DNA of 63,693 nt, filler included, from Anaerolineae bacterium (lineage in GTDB: Bacteria; Chloroflexota; Anaerolineae; B4-G1; DUEL01): assembly GCA_041082215.1 (NCBI GenBank). It is 8 parts of 8 records of this genome, joined end to end, with 100 filler letters (N's around TTAATTAATTAA, not from the genome) between each part and the next. Parts side by side here need not be neighbours in the genome. Positions count along the whole stretch, not along the records: positions 25,586 to 57,230 come from JBDOIF010000161.1; 7 more parts are not named here. One strand, 5' to 3'. Position numbers and translations under genes: made by a program. Below the pieces are notes generated by a model. The model worked only from the letters and a program-made list of their open reading frames with translations. It did not search any database and was not told where the DNA came from. Numbering within the stretch: position 1 is the first letter of the stretch; each line of letters begins with the position of its first letter. Shown here one piece after another: positions 30,050-39,344 of the stretch.

Positions 30050-31474
30050 TCAGGGGCCGGGGAGGATGAAGCCTGCCCCAGCCTGTGCTGCTGCCGCTGC
30101 CAGCCCCTGGGGGAAGATCCCCAGCCCGATCACTCCGATGAGGCCGATGATCAGGAGGACGGTCAGGAGTTTGGGCTCCGGCTCCGTCGGAGGTGGAGGC
30201 TCTTTCTCCCCTTCCTCTCCCCGGAGGCGCGGGGGGCGGCTGAGGAGTTCGTGGAGCAGGCGCAGCAACCCCACCACCACACCGGCAGAGGCTAAGAGAA
30301 GAAGCAGGGAGACCCACGGCCGGGTGCGGAAAAGGAGATAATAGATCCCCCAGCGGGGGGCAAACCCGGCGGTGGGGGGAAAACCGGCCAGCGAAAGCCC
30401 TCCTACAAGGAATGCAACCGTGCTCCACGGGGCCTTCCGTCCCATCCCCTCTGGCTTCCAGATCTCCCCTCCGCTCTGTTCCCGCAGCCCCATTAACCCG
30501 GCCGCCATCAGCACCACGCCCGGGGCACGGGCAAAAACGGCGGTGTTCCCCAGCGTCACCCCGGTGCGGGTGGCCTGTCCCAGCATCACCAGCAGGACGC
30601 CGCTGTCCACCATCACCGCGTAGCCCATCAGCGCCCCCGGCCCCCGTCGGGCGGTCGCCAGCAGCCCTCCCGTTACCGCCGTCACCACCCCGATGGTCAT
30701 AAGAGTTGTCGTCCATCGGGCATAACCGGCAAGCCAGGGGTAGGTCTGAAGGTAGGCCATGAGCAGGAACCAGACCGCGCTGCTGGAGATAGAGAAAATG
30801 AAAGCCGATGCCAGCGGTTCACCATAGCGCCCCACGGCGGGGACCCAGGGGTGAAAAGGAACAGCTCCGAGAAGCAGCGCGAAAGAAAAGCCGATCAGCG
30901 CTGTCGCGGTGGAAAGGAGAGGAGGGTCTGGTGTGACCGCGTAGATGTCCAGAAGCCAGTGGGAGATCAGGAGCCCTGGCAGTGCAAGCGTGCAGAAGGT
31001 CAGATATCGTAGCCCGGCCTGTACGGGAGCCCGGGGGCTGGCCTGCAGCGGAAAGACGGAGAGGGTGGCGGCGATCTGGAGGAGCAGGGCCGAGTAGATC
31101 AGCGGTCGGGCCAGAAGGACGCCGCTCAGCAGCCCAAGGAGCGCCAGCCCCAGCGGGGCCAGAAGCCCCTCTGGTTCCAGCCGCCAGGCGAAGAGGAAAA
31201 GAAAACCGCCTGTCAGGAAAAGGAAGGCCAGCACGGGCTGCGCCTGCGGTCCAAGGGAGAGCGTCCGCCCCAGCAGCTCGGCCTCGCCGCCCAGCATGAT
31301 CTCCCGCCCCAGCAGGGTGATGGGGCGATCCAGGGGGAGCAGGACCAGCGCCCCTCCCAGGGCAAAGGAGATCGCTGCTGCCAGGAGGGCGGGCAGGCCT
31401 CTCCAGCGACGGAGGGCGTAGGTTACCCCTCCGGCCAGGATCGGCAGGAGAAGGAGCAGGACCGCCCCGATCAT
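30050..31474 (-). CDS. Proton-conducting membrane transporter family protein (NuoN/MrpD-like)
   Basis: GAVPFHPWVP, GGLSLAGFPPTAGF; many TM helices. Confidence 0.75.
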   Translation of the reverse strand: MIGAVLLLLLPILAGGVTYALRRWRGLPALLAAAISFALGGALVLLPLDRPITLLGREIMLGGEAELLGRTLSLGPQAQPVLAFLFLTGGFLFLFAWRLEPEGLLAPLGLALLGLLSGVLLARPLIYSALLLQIAATLSVFPLQASPRAPVQAGLRYLTFCTLALPGLLISHWLLDIYAVTPDPPLLSTATALIGFSFALLLGAVPFHPWVPAVGRYGEPLASAFIFSISSSAVWFLLMAYLQTYPWLAGYARWTTTLMTIGVVTAVTGGLLATARRGPGALMGYAVMVDSGVLLVMLGQATRTGVTLGNTAVFARAPGVVLMAAGLMGLREQSGGEIWKPEGMGRKAPWSTVAFLVGGLSLAGFPPTAGFAPRWGIYYLLFRTRPWVSLLLLLASAGVVVGLLRLLHELLSRPPRLRGEEGEKEPPPPTEPEPKLLTVLLIIGLIGVIGLGIFPQGLAAAAAQAGAGFILPGP

Positions 31475-32145
31475 ACCCCCTTCTCCTCGACGGTGGCCTG
31501 GCTGATCGCCAGGAAGGTCATCGCCAGGGCGAGGAGGAAGTTGCCTGCCCCCAGGAGGCCGGTCACCACCAGGCTGGGCTCGAGCGCCCCGTAGAATAGG
31601 TCGAAGCCCGAGAGGAAGACCAGCAACCCTATCCCCACCCGCAGCGAGGATTCCGACATGCCCACCAGGAGCAGCCCTCCAACTGCCAGCAGGTAACAGG
31701 CCATCCCCAGGTCTCTCGGAATCTGGGGGAGCGGGAAGTAGACCGCGGCGGCATAGGCCAGGACCACGGTCACCAGCAACACCAGGCTCCGTAGCGGGCC
31801 GTCGGGGGGCAGAGGTGGGAGCCACCGGTATCTGGGCGCCACGCTCTTCACCGTCTCTTCTGCTTTCCTTGCGCCCTCTTTCCGGTGCTGGTCAATATAC
31901 CGGCCCGTCACGTGCAGGGCCAGACAGATCAGCCAGCCCATCAGCGCCTTGACCAGAGCGACCTCGGGACGGATGACGCGGGTGTGAAGCAGGCCGACGA
32001 AGAAGTAGAGGACGATCAGGGCCAGGACGTGGACCTGCCAGCGCTCGGAGAGCAACAGCATCCCTAAAGCGACGAAGAGGCCGGCGATGGATGGCATCGC
32101 CGTAATGAAAGGATACTGTTCGATGAATGCCAGGATTGTGTCCAT
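31471..32145 (-). CDS. Hypothetical polytopic membrane protein
   Basis: Starts MDTILAFIEQYPF; hydrophobic; overlaps both neighbours. Confidence 0.7.
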   Translation of the reverse strand: MDTILAFIEQYPFITAMPSIAGLFVALGMLLLSERWQVHVLALIVLYFFVGLLHTRVIRPEVALVKALMGWLICLALHVTGRYIDQHRKEGARKAEETVKSVAPRYRWLPPLPPDGPLRSLVLLVTVVLAYAAAVYFPLPQIPRDLGMACYLLAVGGLLLVGMSESSLRVGIGLLVFLSGFDLFYGALEPSLVVTGLLGAGNFLLALAMTFLAISQATVEEKGV

Positions 32146-33743
32146 CAGAGCCCTGCTATCGCCAGGAGGATCAGGAAGAAAATGGATAGCGCCCAGAGGA
32201 TAGCGCCTGGCCCTTCTGCTACGTCTGCCACCGCGCTCAGGAAAGCGGTAACCCGGTCCAGGCTTCTCAGGATCAGCCGGACCAGCCATTCCAGCCGCAG
32301 GATGTCGTGAAGGAGGCCGAGCGCCAGCTCCAGTCGCTTCCGAATCCTCTGTTCCTGCCAGGACAGGAAAGCGCCTGCCCCAACGCCGACCGTCCAGATC
32401 CCCCATCCTGCTACGCCTGGCCGGACGGGCGATTCTCCCGTGACATTGAGCAGGGTGGGGCGAACAGCCCCTGCAAGCAGGAGCAGGAGCGGGAGGGCGA
32501 TACCCGCTATCCGTGCTGCGATGTAGAGCGGACCCGATTCGGCAGGGTCCGATCGGCCTTTCAACACCCGACGGGCGACAGATGCGGTCAGCAGTCCCTG
32601 ACCGACCAGGAAGACCAGGATTCGCTGGGCCGAGGGGGAGGTGACGATCGCCCCAAGCAGCGAGGCTGAGGGGATCGCGCCAGGGGTAAGGGGCGCTCCT
32701 ATGAGGCTCAGCCCGCCCATGACCGCCCCCACCGACCACCACGGCGCACTCCGGTCCAGCCCCCGGTCCAGATGGAGCAGGTTCACCCCCAGGGTCCAGG
32801 CCACGGCTCCGGCGGTCAATGTGGGGAGGATAGAGCGGCCAGCGTGGAGGCTGGCCCAGAGCACCCCACCGATGCTGGCCAGGCTTCCCCAGGGCCACCC
32901 TCCGCCCCGGTTGCTCTGCGACCAGGCAAGCATCCCGCCGGCGATGAACGTCGTTGCGGCGGCTCCTTCCAGCCACGGAGCCAGGGGCAGTTGGCCGCTG
33001 GCGGTGGCCAGGCGGACCAGGAGCCCCCAGCCAAGCAGGGGGCCTGAGAGCAGCGTCGCCGATTCGGGGAGGTTCCACCGACCGTCGCCTGGGAGCGCCA
33101 GATGGAAGGGGTACAGCCCGATTCGCAACAGCGCGGCCAGCAGCAACAGCTCACCCCCCGGCCCGTCCAGGCTGGCCAGCGACCAGGAGATGCTTCCCTG
33201 CCCGCTGACCGCCAGCGCGCCTGCCCAGAGGAGCGCCGTCGCCAGCCCGTTTGTGCTGGCTCCCAGCGCTACCCGGTGGGCCGGGAGGCCTGTCGCCGCG
33301 GCCCCCAGCCCCCACGCCAGGTCGAACCCGGCCCAGGCGGCCAGAACGGTCAGCAGGTTCTCTCCCCACAGCCCGCCGAGGCCGGTCGCCAGCATCCACA
33401 GGGTGGAAAGCTCCAGGACGAGGTTGGGCGGGGCCACGCGGCTCGATTGCACCAGCACAGCCGCCAGCGTCGCACAGGAGAGGGCCAGCGCCAGAGGCCA
33501 TACTTCCTGCCCTGCCCGCAGTGAGGGGAAAATCCCCAGGAAGGCGGACGGTTGCCAGCGGGAGATCGGCACCGTCCGGGCAGGTTCCAGGGGGGCGAAC
33601 AGCACCCCGATAAAGGCAAGGCCAACGGCGGCCGACACGACGAACCGTCGGTAGGGCCGTGGGAAGGGGAGCAACGCTGTCAGCAGGAGGATCAGAAGGC
33701 CGATCAGCGGTGCAGTGATGGCGAAAATGGGTGCAAATGGCAT
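32145..33743 (-). CDS. Divergent NuoL/MrpA-like membrane protein
   Basis: GENLLTVLAAW, RIGLYPFH, GGLSLIGAPLTPG. Confidence 0.65.
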   Translation of the reverse strand: MPFAPIFAITAPLIGLLILLLTALLPFPRPYRRFVVSAAVGLAFIGVLFAPLEPARTVPISRWQPSAFLGIFPSLRAGQEVWPLALALSCATLAAVLVQSSRVAPPNLVLELSTLWMLATGLGGLWGENLLTVLAAWAGFDLAWGLGAAATGLPAHRVALGASTNGLATALLWAGALAVSGQGSISWSLASLDGPGGELLLLAALLRIGLYPFHLALPGDGRWNLPESATLLSGPLLGWGLLVRLATASGQLPLAPWLEGAAATTFIAGGMLAWSQSNRGGGWPWGSLASIGGVLWASLHAGRSILPTLTAGAVAWTLGVNLLHLDRGLDRSAPWWSVGAVMGGLSLIGAPLTPGAIPSASLLGAIVTSPSAQRILVFLVGQGLLTASVARRVLKGRSDPAESGPLYIAARIAGIALPLLLLLAGAVRPTLLNVTGESPVRPGVAGWGIWTVGVGAGAFLSWQEQRIRKRLELALGLLHDILRLEWLVRLILRSLDRVTAFLSAVADVAEGPGAILWALSIFFLILLAIAGL

Positions 33744-33914
33744 AGGATTTCTACCGCCAGGCGGACCCCGGGTCAGGGGGGTATTCTAGCACAGAAAGGG
33801 GGTTTGGGCAAAAGACATTCAGCGGTAAAAATAGAGGCAGGCTGTCAGCCTGCGGGAAGCGGGCTGGCAGCCTACGCTACGTGGATGGGTGGTTACCCAA
33901 ACCACCGGATTGCT

Positions 33915-35135
33915 CTAATCCTTCTCCCACCAGACGTAGATCAGCGCGTTGCCCCCTTCTTCGTAATACTGCACTTCGATGTTGTGGTTGCCGGCAGCGA
34001 CTGCATGCTTGCCGCAGAAGGAAAGCCCGTTGGTGGGGTGCCACTCGTCCAGCACCCGTACCCCATCCACGAAGATCCGGGCGCCGTCGTCAATCATGGC
34101 GCAGAAGCGGTAAGTCCCCGCTTCCAGGTAAGCTGTCGTCGTCCAGCGGATGGAGAAGAAGTCGTTGCGCACCTGGGGAAGGGGGCTGCCGGTCTTCCAC
34201 TCAAAGCCGATCCAGGGGTCGTAGCGGGTAGCGACGGGAGGGGGCTGGAGGTCCATATTGTTGTAGAACTGGGCAAGCCATCCTGCACCTGCTGGCGGCG
34301 TCGTGGGGGTGGGGGTCTCCGTGGGCGCGCCGATCCGTTCCCACCAGAAGTGGATGCGGGCCACCTGGGTGCGATCGTAGAACTCGACCCGGATGGCGTG
34401 GTTGCCCGGCCCCAGCGTCATATCGGCGCTGAAGGTCCGCACTGCGCCGTCGTACCACTGGTCAATGATCAGCGTGTTGTCCACCCATACCCGCACCCCG
34501 TCGTCCACCCGGGCGTAGAAGCGGTAGACGCCGCCGGAGAAATAGGCGGTCCGGGTCCAGCGGACGGAGAAGCCGTCGGCGGGGACGCCCGGTGCGGGCG
34601 CGCCCAGGTCCCAGTTGAAGTTCACCCCGGCATCGTAGCGGGTGTAGCAGGGGGGATCGGTGAGGGTGAGGTTGTTATAGTACTGCCCGTACCAGGTGCC
34701 GGTGGTGGGGGTCTGCGTTGGAGGGACATATCCCCCCTGGGGGATCAGGAGCCGCTGGCCCGCCCAGATGTAGTTGGTGTTGTAGATGCCGTTGGCCTGG
34801 GCGATGGCCCACACGCTCACCCCATACCGGGCGGCGATGCGCGTCAGGGTTTCCCCCGGCTGGACGATGTGGATGAAGCCCGGCGCTCCGCCGACGGGGA
34901 TGATCAGCCGCTGGCCGACGTAGATCCGGTTGGGATTGAGGATGTTGTTGACCCGGGCGATGACCCACATATCCACACCATAGTAACGGGCGATGCCCGA
35001 AAGCGTCTCCCCGGGACGGACAATGTGGATGATAGAGGAATCGTGGGGAGGGGCGGCAGAAACGGCCGGTGCGAGGGCGATGAGGAGGCCGATCACGGCT
35101 GTTGCCGCGAGGGCGAACATCCACCTTCTGTTCAT
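33915..35135 (-). CDS. Secreted 2xLysM + 2xPA14 domain protein
   Basis: Signal peptide; HIVRPGETLSGIA and HIVQPGETLTRIA; FSVRWT..DDGVRVWVD and FSIRWT..DDGARIFVD. Confidence 0.9.
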   Translation of the reverse strand: MNRRWMFALAATAVIGLLIALAPAVSAAPPHDSSIIHIVRPGETLSGIARYYGVDMWVIARVNNILNPNRIYVGQRLIIPVGGAPGFIHIVQPGETLTRIAARYGVSVWAIAQANGIYNTNYIWAGQRLLIPQGGYVPPTQTPTTGTWYGQYYNNLTLTDPPCYTRYDAGVNFNWDLGAPAPGVPADGFSVRWTRTAYFSGGVYRFYARVDDGVRVWVDNTLIIDQWYDGAVRTFSADMTLGPGNHAIRVEFYDRTQVARIHFWWERIGAPTETPTPTTPPAGAGWLAQFYNNMDLQPPPVATRYDPWIGFEWKTGSPLPQVRNDFFSIRWTTTAYLEAGTYRFCAMIDDGARIFVDGVRVLDEWHPTNGLSFCGKHAVAAGNHNIEVQYYEEGGNALIYVWWEKD

Positions 35136-35238
35136 CTCTCCTCCTTTCCGCACGCTGGCGGAGCCCATCTCTACATAAATGAGTATACACCGCAAATCGT
35201 CATGCTGTCAAGTTAGGTTTGACGCTGGCCATCTGGAC

Positions 35239-35278
35239 AAAAAAAGGCCGCTTCTGCTCCCTTCTGGCAGAAACGGCC
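35239..35278 (-). terminator. Intrinsic terminator after the SCP2 gene
   Basis: GGCCGTTTCTGC...GCAGAAGCGGCC followed by a T-run on the minus strand. Confidence 0.75.
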
Positions 35279-35301
35279 CGGCAAGGCAAGGGATAGGGCG
35301 T

Positions 35302-35622
35302 CTAGGTGAGGATGCTCTGCAGCCGCATGGCCAGCCCCATATCGCCGCTGACCCTGATCTTGCCCTGCATAAAGGCGCTCACGGGGTTCAATTCTCCCTT
35401 GGAGAGGGCCACGAAATCGCTGGCGGCCATGCTGAGGGTCACGTTCGGCGTGCCGACCTCCCCTTCTTCAATGGACACCTTTCCTCCGGCGATCTTCGCG
35501 GTCCACTTGCCGCCTCCCTCTCCGGAGAGGTTGAAGAGGACGACAGCGTTGAGCCCTTCGATGCGGGAGGGGTCGATCCCGCCGATGCGGTTCAGTACGT
35601 CTTTCACCGATATTTCAGCCAT
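35302..35622 (-). CDS. SCP2 sterol-binding domain protein
   Basis: GELNPVSAFMQGKIRVSGDMGLAMRL. Confidence 0.92.
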   Translation of the reverse strand: MAEISVKDVLNRIGGIDPSRIEGLNAVVLFNLSGEGGGKWTAKIAGGKVSIEEGEVGTPNVTLSMAASDFVALSKGELNPVSAFMQGKIRVSGDMGLAMRLQSILT

Positions 35623-35689
35623 CGCATCTGTCCTCCTGAAGCTTGAACTTTATGGGTGGACGCTTTCCACAGGGCCTGAGTCTAGAGGA

Positions 35690-35718
35690 AGTATAGCCCA
35701 ACCGGCGAATCTTGTCAA
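35690..35718 (-). promoter_or_regulatory. Sigma70 promoter of the SCP2 gene
   Basis: TTGACA-17 nt-TATACT. Confidence 0.75.
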
Positions 35719-35735
35719 TAGAGGGTCATTTTATA

Positions 35736-35927
35736 AGGTGTATTTCAGTTTGGGAGCGAGATGTCCCTGGCCCGGGCCGGACCTGGGGAAACACGAATGA
35801 CGCGAATGGGAACGAATATCGCGAATGGAGCAGGTATCCCTCCTGCTCGCTATATTCGGGCCATTCGTGGGATTCGCGATCCACGGGCGGGCGAGAGGAC
35901 CACTCGCCCCGAAATTGAAATACGCCC
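35736..35927 (+). mobile_element. 192-bp MITE, copy 5
   Basis: Same TIRs; abuts the stop codon at 35928; TSD degenerate. Confidence 0.88.
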
Positions 35928-37415
35928 TTATTTTAACAGACGGCGTGCCAGGGCGAGCGCCTCTTCCTGGGTGCGCACCTCGCCGGCCGCCTGAGCTTCC
36001 CGGATCGTCTCCAGCAGGCGACCGATCAGGGGGCCTTTTTCCAGACCAAGACTGGCCATCAGGTCGTGGCCGGTCACCAGCGGTTGGGGCGAGATGGCCT
36101 CGTCCTTTTGTTGAAAGTAGTGGTCGAGGAGGAGGGAAGCGACCTCCAGCCGCCGCATCCAGCGGAGGCTATCCAGGTCAGGCCCCCAGGTGGCCAGGTG
36201 GTCGGCGATGCTCAACAGCGCCACTTCGACGCCAGCGCTTCCCATTGCGCGGAAGAAGCGGTAAATGGCCCGGCGGGTGACTGGCCCTTCCACACGGGAT
36301 AGGTGCGCCGGCCGCAGATGGCCCTGGACGACCTTTCGCACAAGTTCCACCTCCGACCGGCTGAAGCGGAGGGCCTCCATCCGCTCCGCCGTCATCTGTG
36401 CCCCCACCCATTCGTGGCTGTAGAAGTGGAGACGGCCCTGTTCGTCCTCCGTGCAGGTGGGGGGTTTGCCCAGGTCGTGGCAGAGGGCAGCCAGGAGAAG
36501 CAACACCTGCCTTTCCCGCCCCCCCTTCAGCCGCCGCGCCAGGTGGTCCGCCAGGGCCGGCCCCAGATGGCCCAGAGCGTCCCCCAGGTCCGACCACGCC
36601 CGCTCCGGCGCGTCCACGTAGGCCAGCGAGGACCGTCTTCCCCCCAGCGTGGCCGTCACTCCCTCCACCGCGTCCACCACACGCAACGTGTGCCACCAGA
36701 CGTCAAAGCGGTGGGGTGGGGATTGGGCCTGCTCCTTCAGGGGGGCGATCTCGGGAATGAACCGGGTCAGCAGCCCCAGCTCGTCCAGCATATGGAGGTG
36801 GTCGGCCGGGGCAGGAGCGGCCAGGATGCGCACGAACTCATCCCGTATCCGCTCGGAGGAGGCGCGGGTGAGGAGGGAGGACCGCTGGATGATCCAGCCG
36901 GCGGTCCTGGCCTCCAGCCTTAGCTCCAGCTCTGCAACCAGGCGGACGGCACGGAGCATCCGCAGCGGGTCCTCGACGAAGGCCCCCTCTCCCACTGCCC
37001 GCACCATCCGCGCCTGCAGATCCGCCAGCCCTCCCAGCGGATCAATCAGCTCCCCCTCGGGCCCGACTGCCATCGCGTTGATGGTGAAATCCCGCCCCCA
37101 AAGGTCGGCCTCCAGGTCCGGCCCACGAAGGGCGGCGAAATCCAGCTCCAACCGTTCCCCGTGCTGTTGCACCACCACCCGCGCCGTGTCCCGCTCCGCA
37201 TCCAGACAGTAGAAGGCGCCGCCCAGCCTGTCGGCCACGGCCCGGGCCAGGTCGCCTGCATCCCGCTCGACGGTGAAGTCCCAGTCATGCAGGGGGCGGC
37301 CCAGGAGGGCATCCCGCACCACGCCGCCGACCGGCCAGACCTGCACCGACCGCTCGGCGGCCAGGCTGCGGACCGGCTCCAGGGGCCATTGGGGGAAGGA
37401 AACTCGAATGCTCAT
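35928..37415 (-). CDS. tRNA nucleotidyltransferase/poly(A) polymerase family protein with HD domain
   Basis: [34 protein letters not shown]. Confidence 0.9.
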   Translation of the reverse strand: MSIRVSFPQWPLEPVRSLAAERSVQVWPVGGVVRDALLGRPLHDWDFTVERDAGDLARAVADRLGGAFYCLDAERDTARVVVQQHGERLELDFAALRGPDLEADLWGRDFTINAMAVGPEGELIDPLGGLADLQARMVRAVGEGAFVEDPLRMLRAVRLVAELELRLEARTAGWIIQRSSLLTRASSERIRDEFVRILAAPAPADHLHMLDELGLLTRFIPEIAPLKEQAQSPPHRFDVWWHTLRVVDAVEGVTATLGGRRSSLAYVDAPERAWSDLGDALGHLGPALADHLARRLKGGRERQVLLLLAALCHDLGKPPTCTEDEQGRLHFYSHEWVGAQMTAERMEALRFSRSEVELVRKVVQGHLRPAHLSRVEGPVTRRAIYRFFRAMGSAGVEVALLSIADHLATWGPDLDSLRWMRRLEVASLLLDHYFQQKDEAISPQPLVTGHDLMASLGLEKGPLIGRLLETIREAQAAGEVRTQEEALALARRLLK

Positions 37416-38959
37416 CGGGCTTTCAGCGACAGGATCAGCTCCTGTTTGAGGTTCCAGAGCCGTTCGGTGAGGGAGACGTGGTAGGTATGGGGGTTGATGA
37501 GCCGCCTGACCCCCGGATCGAGCCGCTCCAGGTCGGCGAGGCGCATCTGCCGCATTTTTTCTATGGAGGGAGAGTCGTAGCACCGCCGACCCTCGCAAAG
37601 CACGTCTACCAGCAGCGGCTCGATCTCCGGGACCTCCTCCCGGCGGAGGACGCGGTAGGTCGTGTGCTCGGTGGGGTGATGGAGGAGGATCGAGTCCATC
37701 GTGCGGGGGTCCTCTTCCTCCAGCCCGAGCAGGTCCGCAGTGGCCTTGCCCCGCTGGTCGTACAGCCGCCAGACGTGCTTGTAGCCGGGGTTGATGGTCT
37801 TTTCCAGCGTCTCCGAAATCTTGATGGCCGGCACCCATTTTCCGCCGTCCTGCACAGCGACCAGCTTGTAGACCCCATCCAGCGCCGATGCTCCCTGGGA
37901 GGTGATCAGCCGGGTGCCCACGCCGTAGACCAGCCGGTTGATCAGCCGCTGTGGATCAACGCCGTAGCGGGGGGCCTCCTTCTCGATCTGGGTGATGATC
38001 TGCCAGATGACCAGCTCGTCCAACTGGTTGGAGAGGACGATCACCGTGTCGGGGAAGCCGGCCTCGTCCAGCATTTTCGCCGCCTGGATGCTCAGGTGAG
38101 CCAGGTCTCCCGAATCCAGCCGGATGCCCATCGGCTCATGCCCCCGCCGCCGTAGCTCCTCGAAGACCTTTATGGCGTTGGGCAGGCCGCTTCCCAGTGT
38201 GTCCACCGTATCCACCAGCAGAAGGCAGTCGTCGGGGTAGACATCGGCGTAGGCCTGGAAGGCCGCCCGTTCCCCCTCGCCGATGGCCATAAAGACCTGG
38301 ACCATGCTGTGGGCGTGGGTGCCTTTGGGCGGGTAGCCCAGGACGTGGGAGATGCCGACGTTGGAGGTGAAGTGGGCGCCGCCTATGAGGGCAGCCCTTG
38401 CGCCGGCCAGGGCCGCCCGCTCCTGCGCCCGACGCAGGCCGAACTCCAGCACCGTCCTCCCCCGGCCGCTCTCGTAGATCCGCGACGCCTTTGTGGCGAC
38501 CAGGATGGGGTAGTTCAGGTGGTTGAGGAGGGGGGTCTCCAGAATCTGCGCCATCGCCAGTGGCCCCTGCACGACGACGATCGGGACGTTAGGATGGATC
38601 ACCCGGCCCTCGGGAATCGCGCGCATGGTGATGCCTTCGAAAGAGCCGTTGGACCGGAGCCACTGGAGGAAGTCCTCCCCGAACAGCGGGCGGCCTGTCC
38701 GCCCTTTCTGGCTGCGCAGGTACTCGATGTCCTCGTCGTGGAAGCGGGCCTCCTGCATCCAGTCCAGCAGCCATTCCAGGCCGGCGTTGACGCAGTACCC
38801 GGCGCGGTGGGAGCCGTAGTCGGGGTAACTGCGGAAGAAGTACTCAAACTGGGCCTGCTTTTCGTGCAGACCCATCCTGTAGTAAAGCTGGGCCATCGTG
38901 AGCTGGTACTCGTCGGTGTAGAGGATGCCCTCAGCAGTCATCCGGTCGGATGCCCTCAT
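37412..38959 (-). CDS. pncB: Nicotinate phosphoribosyltransferase
   Basis: [38 protein letters not shown]. Confidence 0.94.
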   Translation of the reverse strand: MRASDRMTAEGILYTDEYQLTMAQLYYRMGLHEKQAQFEYFFRSYPDYGSHRAGYCVNAGLEWLLDWMQEARFHDEDIEYLRSQKGRTGRPLFGEDFLQWLRSNGSFEGITMRAIPEGRVIHPNVPIVVVQGPLAMAQILETPLLNHLNYPILVATKASRIYESGRGRTVLEFGLRRAQERAALAGARAALIGGAHFTSNVGISHVLGYPPKGTHAHSMVQVFMAIGEGERAAFQAYADVYPDDCLLLVDTVDTLGSGLPNAIKVFEELRRRGHEPMGIRLDSGDLAHLSIQAAKMLDEAGFPDTVIVLSNQLDELVIWQIITQIEKEAPRYGVDPQRLINRLVYGVGTRLITSQGASALDGVYKLVAVQDGGKWVPAIKISETLEKTINPGYKHVWRLYDQRGKATADLLGLEEEDPRTMDSILLHHPTEHTTYRVLRREEVPEIEPLLVDVLCEGRRCYDSPSIEKMRQMRLADLERLDPGVRRLINPHTYHVSLTERLWNLKQELILSLKAR

Positions 38960-38986
38960 AGCCGTTTCTCCCCTCTCCCCGCGTCT

Positions 38987-39310
38987 CTATGCCTCTGTGT
39001 CCCCGTGTCTTCCCGTCTTCAGGCGTTTCAGGGAGTGACCGTACCGGGCGCGGATGCGATCCCCTGCCACCTCGAAGCGGCGCTTTTCGTCCCCGCTCCC
39101 CTGTTCGACGATCTCCATCACATCGGCGCGGGTGGCCCAGCGGAAGTTGGGCAGCCCGTGCAGGATCTCCATCACCTCCGAAAGGGAGGCCCATCCCTCC
39201 TCATCCAGCGCCAGCCCGAACCGCTCCGGCTGGTGGCGGAGGATGAGGGCCAGGAACTTGCTCAACCTCACCCGTCGGGCCTCACGCTGGACGTCCGACG
39301 ATTGACCCAT
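38987..39310 (-). CDS. RNA 2'-phosphotransferase (Tpt1/KptA), N-terminal half only; possible pseudogene
   Basis: LSKFLALILRH, LDEEGW, KRRFE, IRARYGHS, then a stop 14 codons later; no HGT/VHLS NAD-binding lobe. Confidence 0.8.
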   Translation of the reverse strand: MGQSSDVQREARRVRLSKFLALILRHQPERFGLALDEEGWASLSEVMEILHGLPNFRWATRADVMEIVEQGSGDEKRRFEVAGDRIRARYGHSLKRLKTGRHGDTEA

Positions 39311-39344
39311 CCCATTGTCACCAGAGAGACACAGAGGACACATC

